From positions 768,001 to 832,000 of the forward strand of contig CAWFFN010000009.1 of the NCBI GenBank assembly GCA_963815115.1: a stretch of DNA of 64,000 nucleotides, in the 5' to 3' direction. Within the stretch, counting starts at the first letter, position 1; every line of letters begins with the position of its first letter. The notes under the pieces were generated by a model. The model searched no databases. It saw only the letters and a list, made by a program, of their open reading frames with translations, and had not been told where the DNA came from. This stretch comes from an uncultured delta proteobacterium (GTDB taxonomy: Bacteria; Desulfobacterota; Binatia; DP-6). This document shows positions 18,545 to 27,726 of the stretch, in pieces. Made by a program: the position numbers and the translations under genes.

Positions 18545-19515
18545 GGCGTGACCACCACCTTGCCGTAGCTCTGGCGCGACCCGAGTGCCTCGAGCGCTGC
18601 GGGCAGCTCGCTCAGGGGATACGCGCGGTAGATCACCGGCTCGACCTTGCCCGCGCGGTAGAGGTCGAAGAGAGCGGCGAAGGTCTCGTCGATGCGCGCG
18701 GGCTCGTGCATGGCGTGCGCGCCCCAGTGCAGACCGACCAGCGAGATGTTCTTCAGCAGCACCCGGTTGAGCTTCACTTCCGGGATCCGCCCGCTGGCGA
18801 ACCCGATGACCAGCAAGCGGCCGTTCCAGGCGATGCACCTGAGCGATCCGTCCGTCACCTCGCCGCCGACCGAATCGTAGATGACGTCGGCACCGCGGCC
18901 GCCCGTCGCCTCCTTCACCCGCTCGACCCAGTCCTCGGCGCGGTAGTCGATCGCCACGTCCGCGCCCGCGCGGCGCACGACGTCGAGCTTGTCGGCTCCG
19001 CCTGCCGTGCCGATCACGCGTGCGCCGAGCGCCTTGCCGATCTGCACCGCCGCGATGCCGACGCCGCCGGCCGCCGCGTGCACGAGCAGCGTCTCCCCGG
19101 CACGCAGCGGGGCACGGAACACCAGCGCCGCGTACGACGTCGGATAGACGATGGGAAACGCGGCGCCGGCCTCGAACGACATGCCGTCGGGAAGGCGGTA
19201 GGCGGCGCGGGCCGGCACGACGGCGAGCTCGGCGAAGCTCCCGAGACCGGCCGAGGCGAGGACGCGATCGCCCGGCGCGAACTCGCGGACGTCCGGTCCG
19301 ACGGCTTCCACGATCCCGGCCAGCTCGGCACCGGGCACGAAGGGGAACGGCGGCCGAACCTGGTACTGCCCGCGCACCATCAGGATGTCGAAGAAGTTGC
19401 ATCCCGCGGCGCGCACCGCGACGCGCAACGTCCCCGGACCCGGCTCAGGGTCGGGGATTTCCCGCACCGCCAGCTCGTGCGGCTCCATCCAGCGATCGAC
19501 GACGACGGCGCGCAT
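18541..19515 (-). CDS. NADPH:quinone oxidoreductase (MDR/zeta-crystallin family)
   Basis: NFFD.L...G.YQ.RPPFPFVPGAE, LVHAAAGGVG.AAVQ, IAWNGRLLVIGFASG, GKVVV. Confidence 0.92.
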   Translation of the reverse strand: MRAVVVDRWMEPHELAVREIPDPEPGPGTLRVAVRAAGCNFFDILMVRGQYQVRPPFPFVPGAELAGIVEAVGPDVREFAPGDRVLASAGLGSFAELAVVPARAAYRLPDGMSFEAGAAFPIVYPTSYAALVFRAPLRAGETLLVHAAAGGVGIAAVQIGKALGARVIGTAGGADKLDVVRRAGADVAIDYRAEDWVERVKEATGGRGADVIYDSVGGEVTDGSLRCIAWNGRLLVIGFASGRIPEVKLNRVLLKNISLVGLHWGAHAMHEPARIDETFAALFDLYRAGKVEPVIYRAYPLSELPAALEALGSRQSYGKVVVTP

Positions 19516-19538
19516 GAGAAGGGATCGGCGGACGCGGA

Positions 19539-20129
19539 TCAGGCAGTGGCGGCGCAGGCGACCGGCTCGCCGGCGGGAGCCGTCGAGCGGGCTCGCCGGA
19601 CGACCTGCTCCGGCGCGAGCACGGGGAGCACCTCGGTGCGGGGACGCTTGCCGCTCAGCTCGCCGTACGTGCTCCGATACCATCCACCGCTCACCCGCTC
19701 CTCGCTGTAGAGCTGCGCCCAGAAGCGATGCGTGTCGGCGTCGGTCGCCTTGGCCGCGGCGAAGCCGCGGTCGAGCGCCGCCTGGCAGCCCGCCATGCGT
19801 TCCCGGTCGCGCTCGTTCGCGGCCTTCAGCGCATCGAGCTGGGCCACGAACCCGTGGACCTCGCGCAGCTCGGCCAGCTGGCCGGCGAGCACCTGATCGA
19901 CACAGGCGGGACCCGGCTGGCCGCCCAGCGCCCTGATGCGCGCGGCCAGGAGTCGCGCGTGATTCGCCTCGCGCTCGGCGATGATCAGATGTCCCGCGCG
20001 CAGGTAGGCATCCTGCTCGCCCTCGGCCCAGGCGGCATACAGCTCGGCCCCCCAGCTCTCGAGCGCGCGAAAGACGTTCAACCCTTCGAGGATCTCGTCC
20101 CGGGAAGTCCCTTCCATGCGCCCTGTCAT
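19539..20129 (-). CDS. Ferritin-like four-helix-bundle protein
   Basis: ALE..GAELY...EREANHARLL..RI.ALGG pattern (E...ExxH); the second ExxH is degenerate (EERVS). Confidence 0.55.
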   Translation of the reverse strand: MTGRMEGTSRDEILEGLNVFRALESWGAELYAAWAEGEQDAYLRAGHLIIAEREANHARLLAARIRALGGQPGPACVDQVLAGQLAELREVHGFVAQLDALKAANERDRERMAGCQAALDRGFAAAKATDADTHRFWAQLYSEERVSGGWYRSTYGELSGKRPRTEVLPVLAPEQVVRRARSTAPAGEPVACAATA

Positions 20130-20161
20130 AGCGCCGCACGACCGGGCGTGGGAAGAGCCCA

Positions 20162-21163
20162 TCACGCCGCGCACACGAAGTCGCGCGTCTCGACCCAGGC
20201 GAGCCCGGCGAGGAAGGCGCGGATCTCGCTGCGCGCCGCCTCGCCCGCCACCGATGCCACCAGGCGGCCGCGGGGGAGGCCCGCGAGCGCCGCCGGGGGA
20301 ACGACGGGCGCGCCGTGGATGACGTTCCCCAGGCGGCCGGCGTGCACCTCGACGACGTGCGACGGGTGCTTGCCGTGACGGCGCAGCGCGCGCGCCAGGG
20401 CGCGACCGGTGCCGCCATGGCCCCACAGCAGGTAGCGCTCGGATCCCGCGAGGAAGCCCTCGGCCAGGAAGCTCGCCTTGCAGGCGGTGATGCGGTCGAG
20501 CCCGTAGGCGGGGTGCGTGCGCGTGAGCCGGCCCGGACCATCGCGCCAGCCGAGCAGGCGGCGCGGCACCACGCCGATCTCGTGCCCGGAGGCGAGCAGG
20601 CGAAGGACCAGGTCGTAATCCTCGGGCCAGCCCTCGTCGCGGTAGCCGACCGCCGTCAGCACGGCGCGCCGCGCGAGCAGCGAGGGGTGGGCGACCGGAC
20701 ACTCGACGAACGCCTCGGCGCGGACGCGCGCCGGAGAGTCGACGGAGTTGAGCCAGCGCTCGTAGGCGCGCAAGCTGTCCGACATCCCGGCGCGCGGGAA
20801 GAAGCGCACGTGGCTTCCCACCGCGGCGAGCTGCGGAGCGCCGTCGAGGGCCGCAACCTGCGCCGCCAGCCGGTCGCGGCGCATCAGGTCGTCGGCATCC
20901 AGGCGCGCGACGTACTCTCCGCGGCAGCGCGCGAGCCCCGCGCCGAGTGCGGCGACGAGGCCCCGGGGAGGGGTAGACTCGACTGTCACCCGAGGGTCCT
21001 CCGCCGCGACGGCCATCGTCACCTCGGGCGTCCCGTCGCGCGAGCCGTCGTCCACCACGATGCATTCCCAGTCGCTCCAGGTCTGGCGGAGGAGGCTGGC
21101 GAGCGCGGCGGGAAGGGTGACGGCCGCGTCCCGGGCGGGAAGCAGCACGGAGACACGGGGCAC
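20162..21163 (-). CDS. Glycosyltransferase family 2 with C-terminal Rossmann-like domain
   Basis: VSVLLPARDA, IVVDDGSRDGT, ARLDADD (DxD), PEDYDL.LR, LWG.G.TGR. Confidence 0.9.
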   Translation of the reverse strand: MPRVSVLLPARDAAVTLPAALASLLRQTWSDWECIVVDDGSRDGTPEVTMAVAAEDPRVTVESTPPRGLVAALGAGLARCRGEYVARLDADDLMRRDRLAAQVAALDGAPQLAAVGSHVRFFPRAGMSDSLRAYERWLNSVDSPARVRAEAFVECPVAHPSLLARRAVLTAVGYRDEGWPEDYDLVLRLLASGHEIGVVPRRLLGWRDGPGRLTRTHPAYGLDRITACKASFLAEGFLAGSERYLLWGHGGTGRALARALRRHGKHPSHVVEVHAGRLGNVIHGAPVVPPAALAGLPRGRLVASVAGEAARSEIRAFLAGLAWVETRDFVCAA

Positions 21164-21242
21164 GAGGCGGTATAGCGCGTTTGCTCCCCTAGTGAACTAG
21201 CGTTCGCCGTAGGGCCCGCGGCTTCGGTATAGTGCGGCGCTC

Positions 21243-24008
21243 ATGGATCGCCTCGCGGCCTGGCTGGTCCGACACCCGCGCAGGGTCATCGCGGCAACGC
21301 TGCTCGTGACGGCGGTCCTCGGATCATTCGCCGTGCGGGTGCGCTTCCAGAGCTCGTTCGAGAGCGTCCTGCCGGCGGGCGACCCCGCCGTCGCCTTCTA
21401 CGACCAGGTCCGCAAGCTCTTCGGCAGCGACGACGTGGGCGTCATCGGGGTGCTGTCCGACGAGCTGTTCTCTCCGTCGACGCTCGAGAAGATCGCCCGC
21501 GTCACGACCGCCGTCGGCAAGCTCCCGGGGGTGCACCAGGCGGTGAGCATCACGAACGCCACGGACGTCGCGGCCGACGTCCTCGATCCCCCGCCGCTGC
21601 TCCCCAAGCTGCCGCCGACGCCCGAGGACGTCGAGTCGCTGCGCGCAAGGCTGCGTGCCGTACCGCTCTATCGCGAGAACCTGGTCTCGGAGGACGGTCG
21701 GGGCGCCGCTATCACCGTCATCTTCAAGCCGCTGTCGGAGGCCGAGTACAGCGACCTCGACAGGCGCATCGATGCCATCCTCGCAGCCGAGAATGGTCCG
21801 GAGCGCTTCTACTACACCGGTGCGGCGCACGTGAAGGAGGCCGCGGTCGCGCTGATCCGACGCGACCTCGAACGCTTCACCCCCATCGCCCTCGCCGTCA
21901 TCGTCTTCAGCCTCTGGGTCTCCTTCCGCACCAAGCGTGGCGTCATGCTTCCGCTGACAGCCGTCATGATGGCGGTCGTCTGCACAGTCGGCGTGCTCGT
22001 GCTCACGGGGCGGGCGATCGGCATCGGGACGTTCGTGCTGCCGCCCCTGCTGCTCGTCGTCGGCACGTCGTACGCCATCCATGTGATGGCGCGCTACTAC
22101 GAGCAGGCCGAGGAGGTGCGGGAGCGGATCCCGGCCGTGGAGCGTGCGTATGCCAGGGTCTGGCTCCCACTCACCATCTCCGCCCTGGTCACGGTGATCG
22201 GCTTCGGCTCGTTGATGGTGAACCGCATCCCGGCCATCTGGGAGCTCGGCGCCTTCGCCGTGGTCGGAGTCGTCTTTCTCACCGTCGTGTGCCTGACCTT
22301 CCTGCCCGCGGCGCTGGCGCTGCTTCCGGTCGAGCGCGTCGCCGCTCGCGCCCGCGACGGTTCGCCGGCGATGGACGGGCTGCTCGTGCGCATCGCGCGG
22401 GCCATCGTCCGTGCCCGGGAGTCGATCTGGTGGGTCGCGTTGATCCTCGCCGCGCTGGCCCTGCTCGGCATGCGTCGCATCGAGGTGGACTCCGATTTCC
22501 TCACCTACTTCAGCCCGCGCTCGGCGGTCCGTCAGGCGAACGAGATCATCAACCGCGAGATCGTCGGCTCGAACCCGTTCTACGTGGTGGTCGAGGGGCC
22601 CGCGCCCGGAGCGCTCAAGAGCTGGGTCAACCTGAAGCTGCTGAAGGACTTGCAGCAATTCCTGCGCACGCTGCCGGGCGTCACCTCCTCGATCTCGATC
22701 GTGGACTACCTGGAGCTCCTCGAGTCGGGTCTCAACACACCGGGAAACAACGACTTCGTCGTGGACGAGCATGGCGAGCCCGTGCCGGCGCAGAAGCCGA
22801 AGACCTTCTGGGAGGACCCAGCGATGCTCGGGCAGGTCTTCGATCTCGTCGCGAAGAAGCCCGAGAACTTCGCCAGTGTCGTCACGCGTGACTGGGACAA
22901 GGCCAGCATCCTCGTGCGCACCAACCTCTCCGGCTCGCGGGCGATCGAGCAGACCCTCGCGCGCATCCGGGAGTACGTCGCGGCGCGCTTCCCCGCCGAG
23001 CTGCGGGTGCGGCTCACCGGGAATCTCGTGCTGATCACCGGCACCGCGACGGACATCGTTCGCGGGCAGATCGAGAGTCTCGCCCTCGCCCTCGGAGTGA
23101 TCTTCGTGGTGCTGACGCTCATGTTCCTCTCGGTCCGCATCGGCTTCCTGGCGATCGTGCCGAACGTGCTTCCCATCCTGATCTTCTTCGGGGTCATGGG
23201 CTGGCTCGGCATCCGTCTGAACCTCGGCACGAGCCTCATAGCGGCGATTGCCCTCGGCATCGCCATCGACTCGACCATCCACTACATGGCGCGGCTGAAT
23301 CTCGAGCTGCGCGGAGAGACCGACCAGCAGCGGGCCATCACGCGGGCGCTGCGGCGCGTGGGCGCGCCCATCATCTACACCACGGTGGCCCTGTTCCTGG
23401 GCTTTCTCACCTTCGCCTTCTCGAGCTTCGTACCCATCCAGGACTTCGGCAAGCTCTCGAGCATCACCATGGCGACGGCGCTCGGCGCCAACCTCGTGCT
23501 GCTGCCGGCGCTCCTCGCGACCTTCAAGATCATCACGATCTGGGACCTGCTCGGCGTCAAGCTCGGCCAGGATCCCGCCCGCACCATCCGGCTGTTCGAG
23601 GGGCTGCGGCCCTCGCAGGCGCGCGTGGTGGTCCTCATGGGCGACCTGAAGCGCTTCGCGCCGGGGCAGGCGGTGGTACGCCAGGGCGAGCGTGGCGAGG
23701 AGATGTACGTCATCATCCAGGGCGCGGCCGACGTGTGGCTCGCCGCCAACGGCGACCGGCAGCGGATCGCCAACCTGAAGCGCGGCGACGTCTTCGGCGA
23801 GATGGGCTTCGTCAGCGGGAACGAGCGTACCGCCGACGTCGTGGCGGCGACCGACCTCGAGGTGCTGGCGGTCGACGAGCGCTTCATGCACCGCATCCAG
23901 CGCCGCTACCCCCGCATCGCCTCCAAGGTGCTGCTGAACCTGTCGCGCATCCTGAGCGCCCGCCTGCAGGAAGCGAACCTGCGCTTCCTGGCGGCGCTGG
24001 CCAGCTGA
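21243..24008 (+). CDS. MMPL/RND-family transporter with C-terminal cyclic-nucleotide-binding domain
   Basis: Two MMPL repeats (GTSYAIH; IALGIAIDSTIHY), about 12 TM segments. C-terminal F.PGQ.VVRQGE.GEEMYVI.QG...L..GDVFGEMG.....RTADV.A (cNMP/CAP_ED). Confidence 0.9.
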   Translation: MDRLAAWLVRHPRRVIAATLLVTAVLGSFAVRVRFQSSFESVLPAGDPAVAFYDQVRKLFGSDDVGVIGVLSDELFSPSTLEKIARVTTAVGKLPGVHQAVSITNATDVAADVLDPPPLLPKLPPTPEDVESLRARLRAVPLYRENLVSEDGRGAAITVIFKPLSEAEYSDLDRRIDAILAAENGPERFYYTGAAHVKEAAVALIRRDLERFTPIALAVIVFSLWVSFRTKRGVMLPLTAVMMAVVCTVGVLVLTGRAIGIGTFVLPPLLLVVGTSYAIHVMARYYEQAEEVRERIPAVERAYARVWLPLTISALVTVIGFGSLMVNRIPAIWELGAFAVVGVVFLTVVCLTFLPAALALLPVERVAARARDGSPAMDGLLVRIARAIVRARESIWWVALILAALALLGMRRIEVDSDFLTYFSPRSAVRQANEIINREIVGSNPFYVVVEGPAPGALKSWVNLKLLKDLQQFLRTLPGVTSSISIVDYLELLESGLNTPGNNDFVVDEHGEPVPAQKPKTFWEDPAMLGQVFDLVAKKPENFASVVTRDWDKASILVRTNLSGSRAIEQTLARIREYVAARFPAELRVRLTGNLVLITGTATDIVRGQIESLALALGVIFVVLTLMFLSVRIGFLAIVPNVLPILIFFGVMGWLGIRLNLGTSLIAAIALGIAIDSTIHYMARLNLELRGETDQQRAITRALRRVGAPIIYTTVALFLGFLTFAFSSFVPIQDFGKLSSITMATALGANLVLLPALLATFKIITIWDLLGVKLGQDPARTIRLFEGLRPSQARVVVLMGDLKRFAPGQAVVRQGERGEEMYVIIQGAADVWLAANGDRQRIANLKRGDVFGEMGFVSGNERTADVVAATDLEVLAVDERFMHRIQRRYPRIASKVLLNLSRILSARLQEANLRFLAALAS

Positions 24009-24014
24009 GCGCCG

Positions 24015-24776
24015 TCAGGCGACTCGCGCGACGATCACCGCCTCGCCGGACGTGTGATCGTAGGGCCTGCGGTCGAAGCCGCCGTAGAGGGCGGCGATCT
24101 CGAAGCCGGCTCGCGCCAGCAGGTGCTCGAGTTCGAAGCGGTGGTACCAGCGCATGCGAAAGCGCTCGACCTCCTCGCCCACGACGGCGCCGTCGCGCCG
24201 GCGTTCCAGCCGCATGGTGACGTCCATCATCTGGTTGGCGTGATCACGCCGGATGGAGGCGAAGCGCACGATCTCGTCGTCGCCTTCCCGGAAGCGGTTC
24301 TCCTCGTACTCGGGTTCCTCCTCGACCGCGATGCGTGCCAGATCTGGGACGAAGACGTCGAATGCGAAGCGCCCCTTCGCCGCGAGGACGCGTCGCACAC
24401 AGGCGAGGCAGGCGAGCTGGTCGTCGACGGAGTACAGGTGCTGGAGGGGGCGGAACGCCGAGAAGACCAGCGCAAAACGTTGCGGCTGGAGGTCGAAGTT
24501 CTGCATCGTCGCCGTCACCAAACGAAGGCTCGGCGGGGGGTTCTTCGCGCGCAGCACGTCCAGCATCGCCGGGGAGCAGTCGAGGCCGACGCACTCGAGG
24601 CCGGCACGCGCAATCGGCAGCAGCACGCGGCCGGTGCCGCAGCCGAGCTCGAGCACCGGTCCGCCGGTCTCCTGGGCGAGGTGAAGGTAGAAGTCTGCAT
24701 CAGGCCCACGCAGCGCGGCGTAGGTCCCGTCGTAGTAGCGCGCGTGGACGGCGTCGTACTCGGGCTCGTAGGCCAT
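24015..24776 (-). CDS. Class I SAM-dependent methyltransferase
   Basis: VLELGCGTGR, GLDCSPAML, FEIAALYGGFDRRPY. Confidence 0.9.
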   Translation of the reverse strand: MAYEPEYDAVHARYYDGTYAALRGPDADFYLHLAQETGGPVLELGCGTGRVLLPIARAGLECVGLDCSPAMLDVLRAKNPPPSLRLVTATMQNFDLQPQRFALVFSAFRPLQHLYSVDDQLACLACVRRVLAAKGRFAFDVFVPDLARIAVEEEPEYEENRFREGDDEIVRFASIRRDHANQMMDVTMRLERRRDGAVVGEEVERFRMRWYHRFELEHLLARAGFEIAALYGGFDRRPYDHTSGEAVIVARVA

Positions 24777-24865
24777 GCGGACGCTGGGTAGCGAGGCGGG
24801 CGGGCGCCGGCAACCCGCCGTCTCTGGACTTCTCCGCCGGCCTCGTGCCACTCTCCCCGCCCGCC

Positions 24866-25294
24866 ATGGCCGACGTTCGCCCCCGCATCCCGATCAAAGC
24901 CGGGTACTTCACGATTCCCGACGATCCCGGCGCGCCTCCGGAGGTGCTGTGCACGCGCTGCCAGGACTGCGGCGAGTACTTCTTTCCGCAGCGGCTGGTG
25001 TGCGCCAAGTGCCTGTCGCGGCGTACCGCGGAGGCGAGAGTGCCGGCGCGCGGCACGCTCTACAGCTACACCTTCGTCCACATGCCGCTCTTCGGCTCGA
25101 TGCGCGTCGAGCACATGGAGGGCTACGGCGTGGGTCAGGTCGATCTGCCGGAAGGTCCCCGGCTCCAGGTGCCCCTCGCCGGCAAGAAGGAGGACTTCCG
25201 CGTCGGCATGCGGCTCGTCGGAGAGCTCGACGCGCTCCGCGAGGAGCACGGCAAGGACGTCGTCATCATCCGGTTCCGGCCGGCGGAGAGCTAG
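24866..25294 (+). CDS. DUF35 Zn-ribbon/OB-fold protein (thiolase partner)
   Basis: RCQDCG...FP.R.VCAKC, GTLYSYT, V.LPEG.R, .VGM.. Confidence 0.9.
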   Translation: MADVRPRIPIKAGYFTIPDDPGAPPEVLCTRCQDCGEYFFPQRLVCAKCLSRRTAEARVPARGTLYSYTFVHMPLFGSMRVEHMEGYGVGQVDLPEGPRLQVPLAGKKEDFRVGMRLVGELDALREEHGKDVVIIRFRPAES

Positions 25295-25299
25295 CCCAG

Positions 25300-26436
25300 A
25301 TGGAGAAGGTCGCAATCCTCGGAGTCGGGATGATCCGGTTCGGGCTCTATCCCGACACTCACCACACGATCATGGCGCGCGACGCCGGCCTCGCGGCGCT
25401 CGACGACGCGGGCGTCGGGATGAAGGACATCGACGCCGTCTACGTCGGGCACCTCTTCATGCCGGCGATGGCCGGCGTGCGGGCGGTCAAGGAGATCGGC
25501 ATGACCGGCGTGCCCGTCCAGCGCGTCGAGAACGCGTCGGCCACCGGCACCGCCGCCATGCGCGAGGCCTACCTCGCGATCGCGGGCGGACACTACGACA
25601 CGGCGCTCGTGCTCGGCTTCGACAAGATGACCACCGTGATCGGCTCGGCGCCGAACCCGACCGACATGGACGAGGCCATCCTGCCCGCGGCGTTCTTCGC
25701 CATGTGGGCGACGCGCCGCATGTACGAGCGCGGCACCAAGCCCGAGCACCTGGCGGCGATCGCGGCCAAGAACTGGAACTACGGCGCGCAGAACCCGATG
25801 AGCCAGCGGCAGGCCCGGGAGCCCATCACGGTCGAGAAGGTGCTGGAGGCGCGCATGGTGTCGTGGCCGCTGACCGCCATGATGGCGTGCCCCATCGGCG
25901 ACGGCGCCGCGGCCGCGGTGCTCTGTCGCGCCGACCTGGCGAAGAAGTTCCAGCCCGATCGCCCGGTCGTGCGCATCGTCGCGTCGCACCTCGGGAGCGA
26001 GGTCTACGAGCGCGGGCATCTCTTCATGGGCCCCGTGGTCGGCCCCGCCCAGATGAGCCGCGTCGCCGCCAGGCACCTCTACGAGCAGGCCGGCTTCGGC
26101 CCGGAGAGCATCCAGCTCGTGCAGGTGCACGACGCCTTCGTCATCGAGGAGCTGGAGTACTACGAGCTCCTCGGCTTCTGCCGCGAGGGCGAGGCCGAGA
26201 AGTGCATCGAGGAGGGGCGCTTCGGTCCCGGCGGCGCAGTGCCGTTCTCGACCGACGGTGGGCTGACCGCCCGGGGGCACCCCGGCGGCCCGACCGGCCT
26301 CGCCCAGGTCTGGGAGACGACGCTCCAGCTGCGCGGCGAGGCCGGCAAGCGACAGGTGCCGAACGCCCGCGCCGGCCTCTGCCACATGATGGGTGGCGGC
26401 AGCGTGTGCGCCGCTCACATCCTCGTGCGGGAGTGA
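25300..26436 (+). CDS. SCP2/non-specific lipid-transfer-type thiolase-fold enzyme
   Basis: VAI.GVGM..FG, VENASATG, CPIGDGAAA, VHDAF, GG....GHP.G.TGLAQ......QLRGEAG.RQV. Confidence 0.9.
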   Translation: MEKVAILGVGMIRFGLYPDTHHTIMARDAGLAALDDAGVGMKDIDAVYVGHLFMPAMAGVRAVKEIGMTGVPVQRVENASATGTAAMREAYLAIAGGHYDTALVLGFDKMTTVIGSAPNPTDMDEAILPAAFFAMWATRRMYERGTKPEHLAAIAAKNWNYGAQNPMSQRQAREPITVEKVLEARMVSWPLTAMMACPIGDGAAAAVLCRADLAKKFQPDRPVVRIVASHLGSEVYERGHLFMGPVVGPAQMSRVAARHLYEQAGFGPESIQLVQVHDAFVIEELEYYELLGFCREGEAEKCIEEGRFGPGGAVPFSTDGGLTARGHPGGPTGLAQVWETTLQLRGEAGKRQVPNARAGLCHMMGGGSVCAAHILVRE

Positions 26437-26448
26437 CGGGGGACCGCC

Positions 26449-27171
26449 CTACTGCAGGGCCGGCGGTGCCACCTTGGTGAACCCCGGCGGCACGACGAGC
26501 ACGTCCTGGGGGGGCGGAGCGGTGGTCACCTCGACCGCCTCGGTCGAGGTGCTGAACGTGCCCGGCCCGATGGTCGCGGTCATGGTGGTGCGAAGCGGAA
26601 CGCCCTTCGCATGTGCCAGCGCCTCGGCGAGCTGGCGGCCCGGTCCCTTCTCCGCCGTCGCCGATGCCGACAGCTCGCGCCACTTGCGGACGCCCTCGGG
26701 CAGCGCGAGCGCGTCCGTCGTCCACACCGAGCCGCGAAACGGGCCGCCGGCGAGCGCGTACTCGCTCGCCTCGTACCCGGCGATGGTCTCGCGCTTGCCC
26801 GTCGGCTGGAGCGTGACGGGCGCGCCGTTGCCGAGCATCTCGTCCATCATCCCGCGCTCCTGGCGTGGCATCTCCTGGAGCTTCTTCTGCATCGCGTCCG
26901 ATTGCTTCCGCATGTCGTCGAAGGTGAGGACGAAGTAGGTCTTCCTGGTCTTGTCGGCGAGGGTCATCGTCCTGGCGGTGACGTCGACGATGGTGCGCTG
27001 GTCCTTGCCGTCGATGACCAGCGTATCGCCGTGCGCGTACTGCGTCTCCTCGCGCGTATCGGCGTTCCGCCCCCCACCGGTGGTCGTGCGCTGGCGGATG
27101 GTCAGGTCTCCGGCCTGGGCGGCGACCGCAAGGAGCAGGGCCGGGACGACCAGCGCCGACGAGGCTCGCAT
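26449..27171 (-). CDS. Secreted DUF4412-like protein
   Basis: Signal peptide; TG..ETIAGY....Y, G.PL.T, F/V.VP.GF.K. Confidence 0.65.
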   Translation of the reverse strand: MRASSALVVPALLLAVAAQAGDLTIRQRTTTGGGRNADTREETQYAHGDTLVIDGKDQRTIVDVTARTMTLADKTRKTYFVLTFDDMRKQSDAMQKKLQEMPRQERGMMDEMLGNGAPVTLQPTGKRETIAGYEASEYALAGGPFRGSVWTTDALALPEGVRKWRELSASATAEKGPGRQLAEALAHAKGVPLRTTMTATIGPGTFSTSTEAVEVTTAPPPQDVLVVPPGFTKVAPPALQ

Positions 27172-27228
27172 GGCCGCCGCTTATGCGAGGGACCCGGCGC
27201 GATCAAGAGGGCAAATCGCTCGATCGGG

Positions 27229-27696
27229 TCACCCGACGAGGTCGGGACGGAACTCCGGGTGGCGCGCGAGCCAGGAGGCGGCGCCACGCATGGACTCCTC
27301 GTTCTTCTTGTTGATGAAACGATAGATCGGCCCCTCGAACCAGCGCAGCAGTGGGGTCGTCATGTGGAAGCGCTCGCGGAAGCGCAGGCGGGTGCGGCTC
27401 TGCCCCTGTGGCTCGAGTGCGACGGAGCCCGAGAGCCCCGACCGCAGCATGACGTAGTCGTAGCCCTCGCCCGGTCGCACGTTCTTCACCAGCTCGAACG
27501 ACTCGCCGCGGCGCCCGAACGGGAGAGGGTAGACCACCTTGCGCAGTAGCCCGTTGCCGTTGGCGTCGCCCGGCCACACGATCTCGACGTCGAGCACCGC
27601 GGGGGCGTATTCCTTCCACAGATCGTAGCGCTGGAAGAGCGCCCACAGGCGAGGAGCCGAGGCCGGGAGGTCGATGGTGAACTCGTGCTCGCGCAT
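27229..27696 (-). CDS. SRPBCC/START-like (polyketide cyclase) protein
   Basis: A....LW..F...D.W.EY.P N-terminus; helix-grip pattern with C-terminal helix. Confidence 0.65.
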   Translation of the reverse strand: MREHEFTIDLPASAPRLWALFQRYDLWKEYAPAVLDVEIVWPGDANGNGLLRKVVYPLPFGRRGESFELVKNVRPGEGYDYVMLRSGLSGSVALEPQGQSRTRLRFRERFHMTTPLLRWFEGPIYRFINKKNEESMRGAASWLARHPEFRPDLVG

Positions 27697-27706
27697 TGCG
27701 AAATCG

Positions 27707-27716
27707 GGTTATAACC
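27707..27716. promoter_or_regulatory. Palindromic bidirectional -10 element GGTTATAACC between divergent genes
   Basis: Reads TATAAC on both strands. Both ATGs (27696 and 27727) lie 11 bp from the palindrome edges, and neither has an SD sequence. Confidence 0.6.
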
Positions 27717-27726
27717 AACACTGCTC

